In this document: positions 1 through 10,980 of the stretch, piece by piece
How positions within the stretch are numbered: the first letter of the stretch is position 1
How the letters are laid out: the number at the start of each line of letters is the position of its first letter
DNA from: the human T2T-CHM13v2.0 reference genome, Homo sapiens
Assembly (NCBI RefSeq): GCF_009914755.1
Contig: NC_060927.1
Length of the DNA stretch: 64,000 bases
Direction: 5' to 3' (one strand)
The notes under the pieces: model-generated
Told to the model about the DNA's origin: nothing
What the model saw: only the letters and a program-made list of their open reading frames with translations
Database searches by the model: none
Translations under genes and position numbers: made by a program

Positions 1-499
1 TCAAGATGCCTAGAAAATGGGTTCTGAACAAAGCCATTTTTCTACCATTATATACTAATAAAACAAAGTAAAACAAATGTATTTATACACTCTCTGCTTT
101 ATAAAACTACCACGATATCAGTTTAGCCTACGGAATTTTTATGAGAACCTTTTCATGTTGTACTCACTTACACGAGACCACTTAATCATCCCATTTAGTC
201 CCCAGTCATTAGCAGGCTTACAGACTTAACTTGATTACAACATAAAATTTAAAATAACAATTTATCAAAAACAAATGACGAAGAAAATTCTTTGGAAGGT
301 TTTCTCTTATAAATCTCTGTGCAAAATGTGGAAGACCTGATATACTCAGTTATTTGTCATAAAAGAGATATACAATTCAAATTATGACTTCTCTCTTTCA
401 TTGTTACTCTTCTGTTTTATCCCAGTAGTGGACTTAATAAAATAGCCATCTTATTTAGCTACCTCCTCCACTTTAGCTTTAAATACAATTGTTGGTCAA

Positions 500-1003
500 G
501 TTTCATTGACTCGTTCTTTTCTCATCTCCTTCACAATTCTCAAAGCTACCACCCAAGTCAAGGCCCTCCTTGTCTGACACCTGGATAAGGACAAAATATG
601 TTGAGTATTTACTTCAACTTTCGTATCCTTTTGATACCCACAATGCACCACAGCACTTTCAGATGAATCTTCCTCAAACATTGTTTTCCTCAGTTCATTC
701 TCCTGCTTAAGAATAAATAAAGTGGCCGGGCGCGGGGGCTCACGCCTGTAATCCCAGCACTTTGGGAGGCCGAGGCGGGTGGATCACGAGGTCGGGAGAT
801 CGAGACCATCCTGGCTAACACGGTGAAACCCCTTCTCTACTAAAAATACAAAAAATTAGCCGGGCGTGGTGGCGGGCGCCTGTAGTCCCAGCTATTCAGG
901 AGACTGAGGCAGGAGAATGGCGTGAACCCGGGAGGCGGAGCTTGCAGTGAGCCGAGATCGCGCCACTGCTCTCCAGCCTGGGCGACAGAGCGAGACTCTG
1001 TCT

Positions 1004-1037
<34 letters not shown>

Positions 1038-1130
1038 AGAAGAAATACAGCAATCTAGTGATAACATCATTTATCGAAATGCCTCTTCTTATTCCAAGTC
1101 TTCCTTAATCTCCTTCCACCCAATCTTATA
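500..1130 (+). mobile_element. L2 LINE fragment, interrupted by AluY
   Basis: Pyrimidine-rich L2-like text (CTACCACCCAAGTCAAGGCCCTCCTTGTCTGACACCTGGA ... CATTCTCCTGCTTAAGAA); edges approximate. Confidence 0.5.
724..1035 (+). mobile_element. AluY, full length
   Basis: GGCCGGGCGC start; AluY diagnostics GAGATCGAGACCATCCTGGCTAACACGG and GAATGGCGTGAACCCGGGAGGCGGAGCTTGCAG; long A tail. Confidence 0.96.
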
Positions 1131-1216
1131 GTATAGTCTCTTCTAATCTGTTTTTAAGTAGCTAGTGGTTTGAATGTATAATTCCTTAAGATCAGCATAA
1201 ATCATATAGCTTAAAG

Positions 1217-1348
1217 CAGGGATCTGGAAACTATGGCCTGTGGACGAAATCTGGCCTATCACTTGTTTTTATATGTCCTTATGGGCTGAAAAAAAAAGTC
1301 AAAAGAATAATATTTTGTGATGTGTAAAAATTATTTAAAATTCAAATA
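1217..1348 (+). mobile_element. MER58B (hAT-Charlie) 5' part
   Basis: CAGGGATCTGGAAACTATGGCCTGTGGACGAAATCTGGCC terminus followed by AAAAGAATAATATTTTGTGA...AAATTCAAAT. Confidence 0.7.
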
Positions 1349-1511
1349 TATATATAAATCATGCACCATCGATTGATTTTTATATATAAATACACACATA
1401 TATCTTTTTTCTTCCTTATTTAGTAATGTATATCAGCCATGTTACATTCTACTATAATGAGCTATTATAAAGATGAATCTCTTTTTAGCAAAATTAGGAA
1501 AAGTATTTTCA

Positions 1512-1796
1512 GGCCGGGCGCGGTGGCTCATGCCTGTAATCCCTGCACTTTGGGAGGCCAAGGTGGGCAGACCACCTAAGGTCGGGAGTTCGAGATCAAC
1601 CTGGCCAACATGGTGAAACGCCGTCTCTAGTAAAAATACAAAAATTAGCCGGGCATGGTGGCGGGCACCTGAAATCCCAGCTACGTGGGTGGCTAACGCA
1701 GGAGAATCACTTGAGCCCAGGAGGCAGGCTCACTTGCAGTGAGCCAAGATTGCACCACTGCACTCCAGCCTGGGCGATAGAGCAAGACTCCGTCTC

Positions 1797-1812
<16 letters not shown>
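1512..1812 (+). mobile_element. AluS (Sx/Sq-like), full length
   Basis: Dimeric Alu with CACCTAAGGTCGGGAGTTCGAG and CTGGCCAACATGGTG; A tail runs into (TA)n. Confidence 0.93.
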
Positions 1813-1834
<22 letters not shown>

Positions 1835-1837
1835 TAT
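1812..1837. repeat. (TA)n microsatellite
   Basis: ATATAT run at the end of the Alu tail. Confidence 0.95.
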
Positions 1838-2554
1838 TCATTAAAACCTGCTAATATTTCAGATTTAGTGAAACATAACAGAAGAAATGGGAACGGGAAG
1901 AGGAAACATATACATAGAGCAAAAGATGAATTTAGTGAGCGAGAAAGGTAAAAGAGAGCAAAAGGGAACAGTTTATAGAGACATAGATGGAGAAAAACCG
2001 AATTGGAATTGTTAAGGGCATATAGGAGCAGTATTCCCACATCTAGCCACCTCCTCCCCTGTTGCTTCTTCTCCTTATTAAAACAAAAACAAAAACATTA
2101 CTTTTTGGCTCTTATTTGTAAGATTTAATTATTCATCTCAGTTAACCCTCACAGCAACCCTAATTAAGACAATAATACTATTGTAAGTTATAGATGAGGA
2201 ATAAAACTGAAAGATAGTGACCAAGAGATGGACCTGTAATCCTAACTCTGGTACAATGCTAACAACGGTTATTCTAACACCGCCTTGCTTTTATTCTTCT
2301 TCAATATTATCCTTCTTACGAGTGTATATTTAGATCTTTAGAAAATAACACATTTCAACAATTACTGTAGAATGCTGTCATTTGAAACTCTGCTTGCCTC
2401 TTACACTTAAAGGCCTCAAGATCTTGTAAAATGCAGGGGTTGATTTTTACTTAAGAGTCTCTTGTCAGAGAGAGTAATAGAGATTTTTGTTGACATGAGG
2501 AAATAAACTACAATGGTAGGTTTCAAGGCTATTGACTGGTGAATAAATATCATT

Positions 2555-2779
2555 CTAACAGTGAACACTTATTGGCCTCTTACTAGGTTTCAGTCATCCT
2601 TTCCTCACAATAATCCTGAAGGGTATATACAGTTATTATCCCTATTTGCATCACAGATCATCGCATCACAGAAAGGTTTAAAGTAACTTGCCGAAAGTTA
2701 TAGAGCTAGGTGGGTGGGGGAGCTGGAATGTGAACCTCAATGATCCAACTCCAAAGCCATGCAATTAACCGCTATGCTA
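2555..2779 (-). mobile_element. MIR SINE
   Basis: Reverse-complement MIR core: CCTCACAATAATCCTG...AAGTAACTTGCCGAAAGTTATAGAGCTAG...CTCCAAAGCCATGCAATTAACCGCTATGCT. Confidence 0.8.
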
Positions 2780-4855
2780 GGCTAAGAACATTTTTTAAGC
2801 ACCTAAATGTATGAGACTTATGAGCAGCTAAACATATTAGACTTAAATTTGTGGATTCCATTTTCAAAAGACAACAAATTCCCTTCGCTTGCAGAGGCAA
2901 CAATTTGAACTTACAAGACTGTTGAAATATATAAAATGCTACCTTTGAAGACAAAGCAGCAGAGCATCCCACCCAGCAAACACACATATATATGCACACA
3001 TATACATGTACAAAAGAACACACAGATAATTACAATCACAGTGGTAAGATGCACGCCTGTAGTCAGAAAAACCGCACACTGCGTTATGATGCTTATCAAC
3101 ACCTACCAGTAAATAGAAACTCTTCCTATGATAAACTGCATGTTTTGACTGTAGAGGAGTTGCTTTAAGTTCAAGAAGTGTCTTTTCTTCAGGCAACGCT
3201 CACAACCAGCTCTCCTCATCATAAGATCTTGGTACTGTTAATATAAAATGGTTGCTATCATTAGCGGCTGTGAATAGTGCATAATGAACACACAGCCTCG
3301 GGTAGCCATGGTTCACGTAGTCCCCAAACACTGATGAGCACAGAGATTGAGCTATCTTCTCAACCTTATTACTGTTTTTAAGTCGATTCCAGATATAAGA
3401 GGTCCCTGGAATGAAGAGGAGGAACCTCACTGCTGCTGGCACAACGTTTGTCAGTAAATTGCCTTGGGTATTTTATCAACACAGTGCACTGCATTTCCCA
3501 GGAACTACGCTATTTTCAAAAACAAATGCTAAAATTATATTGTAATATTTAGACATTCTTTTCCTAGAGGTCAGTGTAAGGACACCAAGTACATTATACC
3601 ATTACATAAGATGCTTAACGACAAAGGTACATGTTATCGCTATGAGATAATTTTATAGGAATTTCTCATTTGTAAGAAACACTCTTTCCTCCCATTTAGG
3701 GATTCTGACACCAGAACACATCTTAACATCCTGAAATCACATGTAAATGTGTACATTTAATCAGGTGATATCCTCCCCCAAACATTGATTTTAATTCAAA
3801 GGTACATCTTAAAAGAGGGTCTCTTAAAATGGAAGAAGTGAAATAATCTAATACTGGTATGGCATAGATGTAGTTTTTAAAAATTAAAAAGCACTTTTTC
3901 AGTGTTTTCCACTCCTGTTAAGACATAACATGTTTGCCCAGATCACATGGAATGCTCACCACCTCCTCTTGACAAAGCATGAATAATGGCAGCAACCGCA
4001 CATCTTGTCTGTCTTGCTGCCAAAACAATCACCCTGTGATGTAGTGAGAATTAAAAGTTCAAAACCTTCAACTCAGTTGATTGGGAAGTTTTCATTTGAA
4101 GTAAATTCTATTGTGGCCCCATAACCTACATTTTAAAGCACATTAAACAAGGCTATTTTAGCCTTGATGAGCTGACAACTGTAAAACATTCATAATAACA
4201 CAATTGCAGTCTTGATAAATGCTTCCACTGTGTAATCTATTATAGCAATGATCTACGCATTACAACTACTTCTTAAAGTACCAAAAACATCACAAGATCA
4301 CATTGTTTACATAAACATACACATGCATGTATATTACATATCTATCTAAGGATGTAATACAAGCCCTTAAATCTCAGCTTTAGATTGATGCCCTTCACTT
4401 TTATTATCAGGGAATTTTTCCTTCCATACTGTTATAATTATTTAATATGAATAACTTTATTTTTTCATCCATCAAACAGCAATACTCACCAAGAACCCTA
4501 AAACAATCAGTCTTGATAGTGAAGAAAATATTTATCATCATATGCACACTATACACATTATCAACTTCTAATGTATTGTTCTTTTTCTCAAATAGTAAGA
4601 AAAAAATGTAAACTGGATTGCCTAAAAGATTTCTTAGAGCTACCAGAATGATTATGTAAGAAAAAAGTAGAAGCAACCTTGCGTTCTTTTAAGATTAAAG
4701 GTCCAAAATTTGCAATGTCAAGTGTAGATTCAGTAATAAGTGAAATGTTCTCTTTTTATCTTAATCTTCATTTAATACATTAAACTTATACATATCAGGA
4801 CATTAGGTTATAGAAAATGTTTCTAAAAGTACTTTCCAAAGTATACCCCTATAGA

Positions 4856-4869
4856 CCTCTAGATGGCAA
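4856..4869 (+). promoter_or_regulatory. CTCF-like core motif
   Basis: CCTCTAGATGGCAA fits the CTCF core CC(A/T)(C/G)YAG(A/G)(G/T)GGCR; motif only, no binding evidence. Confidence 0.35.
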
Positions 4870-5829
4870 GCTTTAGTAAATTTTTATGACTGGCCTAAAT
4901 TCAGTTTCTTAGCAATTCTGTGTAATCCACCTATTGAAATGATTTTCAGTTTAATAAGCTACTCAGATATATATGTGCTTTTAAGGAACAAAGCATTAAA
5001 AAGTGAATTACATTTTTTTCTAAAATTTAATCTTTTTCTTTGTGATTACCTAATTGTAAAAAGATGGTGTTCCAGTGACTTCTAGCAGTGTCTCTTTGGT
5101 ATGCTGGATGTTCTGGAAAAGTTTTGCCTAATTAATGATTTCAGCTAGCTTCTAAAACGAACTATTCCTTTATAATGATAAAGATTAGTTACAGCTTTTG
5201 TTATAGGAATTTTGCAGATCTCGAAGGATAATAATAAGAGTCCTTTGAGAAATATAAAGTAGAAGATAGGTGCGTGAGTCTGTCATTAGAATCTTCTCCA
5301 CCTCAAACATGTCCTTTACAAAACAAATATCTTACATGGCCAATTTCCAAAGAATACATGTTTTTATAATACATCACACATATCTGTTTAATTCTATAAT
5401 CACTGCTATTCCTTTAATCAAAGTTAGTTATATTTATTTTCAATGCTAATTATATTCAAGGGTTATCATGGATGAACTGAAATAAAATTAGTAGGAGATG
5501 ATAATTAAAATAAGTGCAAGTGGCATCAAAATGGACAAGCTCACTTTGTGTGTAACATTATTAGCAATGATGTTGAAGAATAAAATCCAGTCATAGCTGG
5601 GTACATATGTTAAAGTTGTAATGAGGACTTGAACGATCTCCTAAAGTTAACACTGCTGTGAGAAACTCCTAGCATACCTAATATTGCAGAACCCTCTATT
5701 CTGAAAGATGATTCCTCCCCCATATACATGATAACTATGGGGACAATATTTTATCGTGATATAATACTGGCTACGGACTACAACTGGGTATCTGACCCAA
5801 TTGGCATAAGCATTTGACAAAAGCTGGAC

Positions 5830-6261
5830 AATGTTCTTTTCAAATTCCAGCCTTTGTGACCAGGCTGGGTCGCTGACCCAATATGGACCAATAAGAGTCT
5901 TTTCTAAAGATTTATAAAACTGTGAAAAAGGAGAACAAGTATGTCTCCAGTGGCTGAGGCCTCTCTCCAGCGACTGAAGCTGTAATATATATACATTTTA
6001 TGAGTTAGTGGCAACCATATTTTCCTCCTGTGGGGGTTGGAGAAGTTGAGGAAAGTGAATGAAAGACAAAGAGAAATATTAAAGCAGGTGGATGGAGTTT
6101 CTTGGGAATTTGGCTCCTGATTTCAGTTATTTCTGAGGCTGAGCCTTCTTACCTTCCCAACTGTGAGAGAGCCTAGCAGCCACTTATTAAGTTACCAATT
6201 TACTTAAGCTTGGACAAGTTCTATTTTGAACACTTAAAACCAATAGAATCTTAACTAATGC
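5830..6261 (+). mobile_element. Old ERVL/MaLR LTR (LTR33/MLT1-type)
   Basis: 3' end TTAAGCTTGGACAAGTT...CACTTAAAACCAATAGAATCTTAACTAATGC resembles the shared ERVL-MaLR LTR terminus. Confidence 0.55.
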
Positions 6262-6874
6262 TCTTTGTTCTTTTTTAGTTGTGTTTTGAAGGAAAATCAT
6301 TTTAGAGCTAAATTAAGTTGCTAGGTTTCTAATTCTTAGTTATACAAATACTGACAGTGAACACATCTTTTAAAAATATGACAGATGTGAGATATATACC
6401 TTCTTATAAAATCCAAGCACTTTAATTATTAATGGGCAATAAATAAAATAGCACCTTTAACTTAAGAGACTTCCATGCAAAAACAACAACGTTGTGCCAT
6501 AGAAATGTAAGGAGAACCCAAATAAAGAGAGATGAGATTTTCTTTAATTTACAATTATAAATATAAATCAGTTCTTTTGGAAAATATGTGCATTTTTCAT
6601 CTAAGAAATATACAAAGATTGATCAAATAGTGCAGGTTAAACTACAATGAAATATAAAAGGAAAGTGGCTTGAGTTCGGCTTTCTAATTCATAAGCTGGA
6701 TGCTCTTTCAAAACTCCTTATAACTCAGAGTCACATTCTTTTCAGACATTAGACTTCCTCTTTTTCAATGCAAAACCTTGAGTGTTACTTTGCAAATGCT
6801 TCTTAGATGCTCACAAAATTTCTTTTAATTTTGGATGGTAACAACTGCCGATGGTTTTTACTAGGAGTTCCTTA

Positions 6875-7107
6875 AGCCCTGCAACATAGAGAAAACCTGC
6901 CTGAGAACAAAGTCAATTCACGAGACGTGAAACAGGTGAAGAGAGAGGCAGTGTCATGAGGATATCACTTGAGCGCATGGATCCACTCATGCCTGAAGCC
7001 AGTCCTGCATTTTGTCTTTACGTTTACGTGAGCTAATAATTTTCTATTTCCCCAAAACTAGCTTGTATATGATTTTATTAGGAACCAAAGTAGGCTTGAC
7101 AAATACA
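6875..7107 (+). mobile_element. MLT1K/L-type LTR 3' half
   Basis: GGATCCACTCATGCCTGAAGCCAG...GTGAGCTAATAAT...GACAAATACA. Confidence 0.6.
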
Positions 7108-7232
7108 GAATCAAACCCTACTATCTGACTCATGCTTTTCAATGAAATCTCATTCTTCATGGTTGCAAAGGGCAGAATTCACAAATAGAAGAAAAGAAAA
7201 AAAACGAATTGTCTTTAAACAATTAATATAGA

Positions 7233-7597
7233 TGTATTAGTCCACTCTCACACTGCTATAAAGAACTGCCTGAGACTGGGTAATTTATAAAGGAAAGAGG
7301 TTTAATTGACTCACAGTTCCACATGGCTGGGAAGCCTCAGGAAACTTAAAATCATGGAAGAGGAAGAAAATATGTCCCTCTTCACATGATGGCGAGAAGA
7401 AGTGCTGAGCAAAAGGGGAGAAGCCCTGTATAAAACCATCAGATCTCATGAGAACTCACTATCACAAGAACATCACCATGGGGTTAACCACCCATATGAT
7501 TCAATTGTCTCCACCTGGTCCCTCCCTCAACACCTGGGGATTATGGGAACTACAATTCAAGATGAGATTTGAGTGGGGACAGAGCCAAACCATATCA
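7233..7597 (-). mobile_element. THE1C/D solo LTR with 5-bp TSD
   Basis: TGTATTAGTCC...GCCAAACCATATCA termini; ATAGA at both 7228-7232 and 7598-7602. Confidence 0.93.
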
Positions 7598-9264
7598 ATA
7601 GATGTGTAGAGGAAACCTTAATATATTGATGTCTGGATGGAATCACATACATAGAAGCAGCACACATTTCCACAGATCACATACAGAGATGATTGTGTTC
7701 AAAATGTTATGGGCATACAGTGATTGACAGAATAAAGTTTTTGGACATCTTGATAAACTTAAAGAAAAAGTAGATTAAAACTTAAAACATAAAATATCAA
7801 AGAGATTTATCTTTTGCAACATAAGATTAGAGTCCCACCTAACAGCTCTTCAAGTGAAAAATACAGAGAAGTTTTAGATTACAGCAGAGATGTTCAGAAT
7901 AATTAATGTGACTTAAGTGAAGTATACATTAATAACATTTTGACTTTTTTTCCTCGGTTTCCTTGCTCTGTAATGTGCTAAACTCCAGGTACCAAAATAT
8001 TCATAAATTTAATCTTTGCAGAAAAGTATAATTGAAAGATTATATTAAGCATACTTAGGTAAAAACTGGCTAGAAAAAGAAATACCTCTGGGAAAAGTAA
8101 AAAGGAGACACGGGCCAGAGACCTGAACCAAACTTCTTGACCTATCAATTCCAAGACACTGTCTTGGATACATTGCCTCATATCTCTAAGTCTCAGCTTC
8201 CTCATCCCTAAAATTGGATTGATATAATAGATAATTGTGTGCTGTCTCCCCGGCAGACTTTCCTAGAAACTATCCACCAACCATATAAGATCTGCAACAC
8301 TCCAACTACACTTGGTTGTTGCGGGTAAAGAAACATGATCCTGATTCGTATATCAGGCCCTTCACTGAAATTCGTGAACCAGAGAGGGCAGAGGGTCTTC
8401 AATAGTCAAAGCTGGAAGATGACATCTAAGAAGCTGCTCTTGATGATAGTTATTACCAAACAAAGAAAGGACACCCGCAATAAGAAAGATGCTGATAGAG
8501 AGATACAGTTAAGAAATAGTGAGTCATGTTCTGATATTCAAGTCTTTGTGAGCCCATCTGCAATACCTGTTACTTGGTTTTCCAACCTTTCCTAGGCAGC
8601 ACTCTTCCTTTCCTTCATCTTATAAGTTGGTATCTATCACGTTCTACCAAGAAAATTCCTAATCAGATTATCGAATTTCACATAAGTTTTTTTTAGAAAT
8701 AAAATATGAATGTAACAAGACTTTAAAAACTGTAAAATACTACCCAAATATAAGACAGTGTTACTGTGGTTATTATCTCTAACTAACTCCAAATGTTGGA
8801 GGGACTGTCACATTAAAAAAAAAGTATTTCTTATTATTAGCAGTTTCAAATGGCAACATCAGGGAAAATGGTTTGGTGAAATTTAAAGGAAAGAGGATTT
8901 AAGCTCTGTGTAAGAAAGGAAGTTTTAAAAACTGGAGTTTTCTAGTTTTTTAGTGTTCAATTTTAAGATTGTATGGCACTAGGTCTCCATGATTCGTTCC
9001 AAAGGCTGAATTCCTTCTAATTTACAAAAATATTTCTTCAGCTTTATTTTTCTTTAGACAAAAAGCCACCTTTTCAAGTTCTATATCACCTTTGTTTTAA
9101 TATAGAAGTGCACACAGCATACATTATTGATAGATGCACATACATACATATTACATACATTTTAATTTACTCTAAATTTATTTATCTAATATACATATAT
9201 AGTTTCTAAACCAGTGTTTCTTAAAATGGTAAAATCAATGATTGATTGCTTTTTTTTTTTTTTC

Positions 9265-9830
9265 CAGCAACTACTTCCCCTTCTTGAGGCAAGAGCAAAC
9301 AATCATGATTTGAGGGGATCATCCAACCCTATTCTTTGGCCATGTTTTGCAGGTGAAGGTGAATCCTGGGCTGGAATTGTTCAGGTATAGAGGATACAAC
9401 CTCCATTAAGCCCATTTATGTACTGAATTTCCTGCTGATAGAAATTGCTACAGAGACAGACACAAAACCTAAACTAGACCAATTAATGCAAATTCAGAAA
9501 GTTGCTCTGGACCAATTAAAGGGGCCATCAGGAACTTTGCTGGGAATTCTGGGACCAAGATTCATTTTCTCCTGTTGTAACCATTTGGCCTTGAGATCTA
9601 CAGGCAGCTTTTATGTGACCATTGGGGAAACAATGGCAGAGTAAGGGCTAATATCTTAGAAATGCAGTAAAGAAATGAACCCAACTGGGTCCTTGGTGAC
9701 CAGGTTGAGTCACTAGATTAAACCTAATGTCAATCCTGACAAAGGTAACGCTTATATTCCCATTATGTGTTTAAGATAGTTTGAGTTTAGTTGTCTTTAA
9801 CTTGTAACTGAAAGCATCCTAAATAATGCA
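9265..9830 (+). mobile_element. MLT1J/K-type LTR
   Basis: Ends TTTAAGATAGTTTGAGTTTAGTTG...ACTTGTAACTGAAAGCATCCTAAATAATGCA. Confidence 0.6.
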
Positions 9831-9865
9831 AGTGAGCAGATTAAAGGACAGGATTGCTCCACTCA

Positions 9866-10041
9866 TTTGTTTGTTTTATTTTAGACATGGGATCTCACTA
9901 TGGTGCCCAGGCTGGAGTGCAATGATTATTCACAGGTGTGATGATAACACACTGTAGCCTTGAGCACCTGGCCTCAAGTGATCCTTCCACCTCAGCCTGC
10001 CTAGTAGCTTGGAAAACAGGCAAGTGCCACCATGCTCAGCT
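9866..10041 (-). mobile_element. FAM (fossil Alu monomer)
   Basis: Single monomer retaining the 7SL-derived segment TATTCACAGGTGTGAT, which dimeric Alus lack. Confidence 0.8.
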
Positions 10042-10836
10042 CATAAAGTTCCACTACTATATTTTTTCAACCTTTACATATCTGTGCACTCACACATTTT
10101 ACTCTAGTGACAACATTCACAAAATCCACCATAGCAAGGGGTGAGATGGAAAATTTTTTTAAATAAATATTTAAAAGTTTACGTAAAATATTTACTGACC
10201 TGTCCATGAACTATGAATTGCCTGCTAAACTGACTGAAGAAAATTCTGAAAAGTCTGAAACTCTAGGTAAAATTATGTAATACATAACATTTGGCTTCAG
10301 AACCGTGTTCATCCCCTATCACTCTCAATCAACATCCTCCCCTCCAAAAAAGACATATACAGAGTATTTATCTTTGCCCATCAGTAGCCAGCACATGTTA
10401 GGAATACTTTATGAAATCCGACATTTTTTTTCTCTGCAAGATCTTCATCTGGAAAAGCACTGGAGTGGGGAAGGATTTTTATTTTCTAATTCCCAGAGTT
10501 ATCTACACTCTGAGAGTAGATGCCTATGTATACTGATAGAAGATACACTCCTGTAACAAAAGTTTATAAGGACAATTGTAACAGAATATAGTACAAACTA
10601 CTGTAGTAGATCTGAATCTCACAGACCACCAACTCAGGTATAAAATTTTTTTTTAAAAAAAAAAGGAACTTTCTTTTTCCATCACTTAGTTTAATTTCTA
10701 CCTTCATTCCTCATTCTGTCCCATGACAAAAAACTGACTATATTTTTGCTTACTCTCTGCCTTCTAAAATTATCTTCCAGGAGCAGGGGAGAGGAGGTTG
10801 TAGATGCTGAAACTAATTTTTAAAATATTTCCAGGA

Positions 10837-10980
10837 GGCCGGGTGTGGTGGCTCATGCCTGTAATCCCAGCACTTCAGGAGGCTGAGGTGGGTGGATCAC
10901 CAGAGGTCAGGAGTTCAGGACCAGCTTAACCAACATAGCGAAACTCCGTCTCTACTAAAAATACAAAAGTTACCTGGGTG
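10837..10980 (+). mobile_element. AluS left arm plus linker, 3'-truncated
   Basis: GGCCGGGTGTGGTGGCTC...CTACTAAAAATACAAAAGTTACCTGGGTG, then Alu similarity stops abruptly; no A tail. Confidence 0.9.

Noticed and set aside
840-1131. ORFs such as [15 protein letters not shown]... (also 24457, 27865-28259, 31661, 60687, 61738)
   Set aside because: They are translations of Alu sequence, not genes.
3200-3442. 80-aa minus-strand ORF
   Set aside because: GTG start, no recognisable domain and no supporting exon structure.
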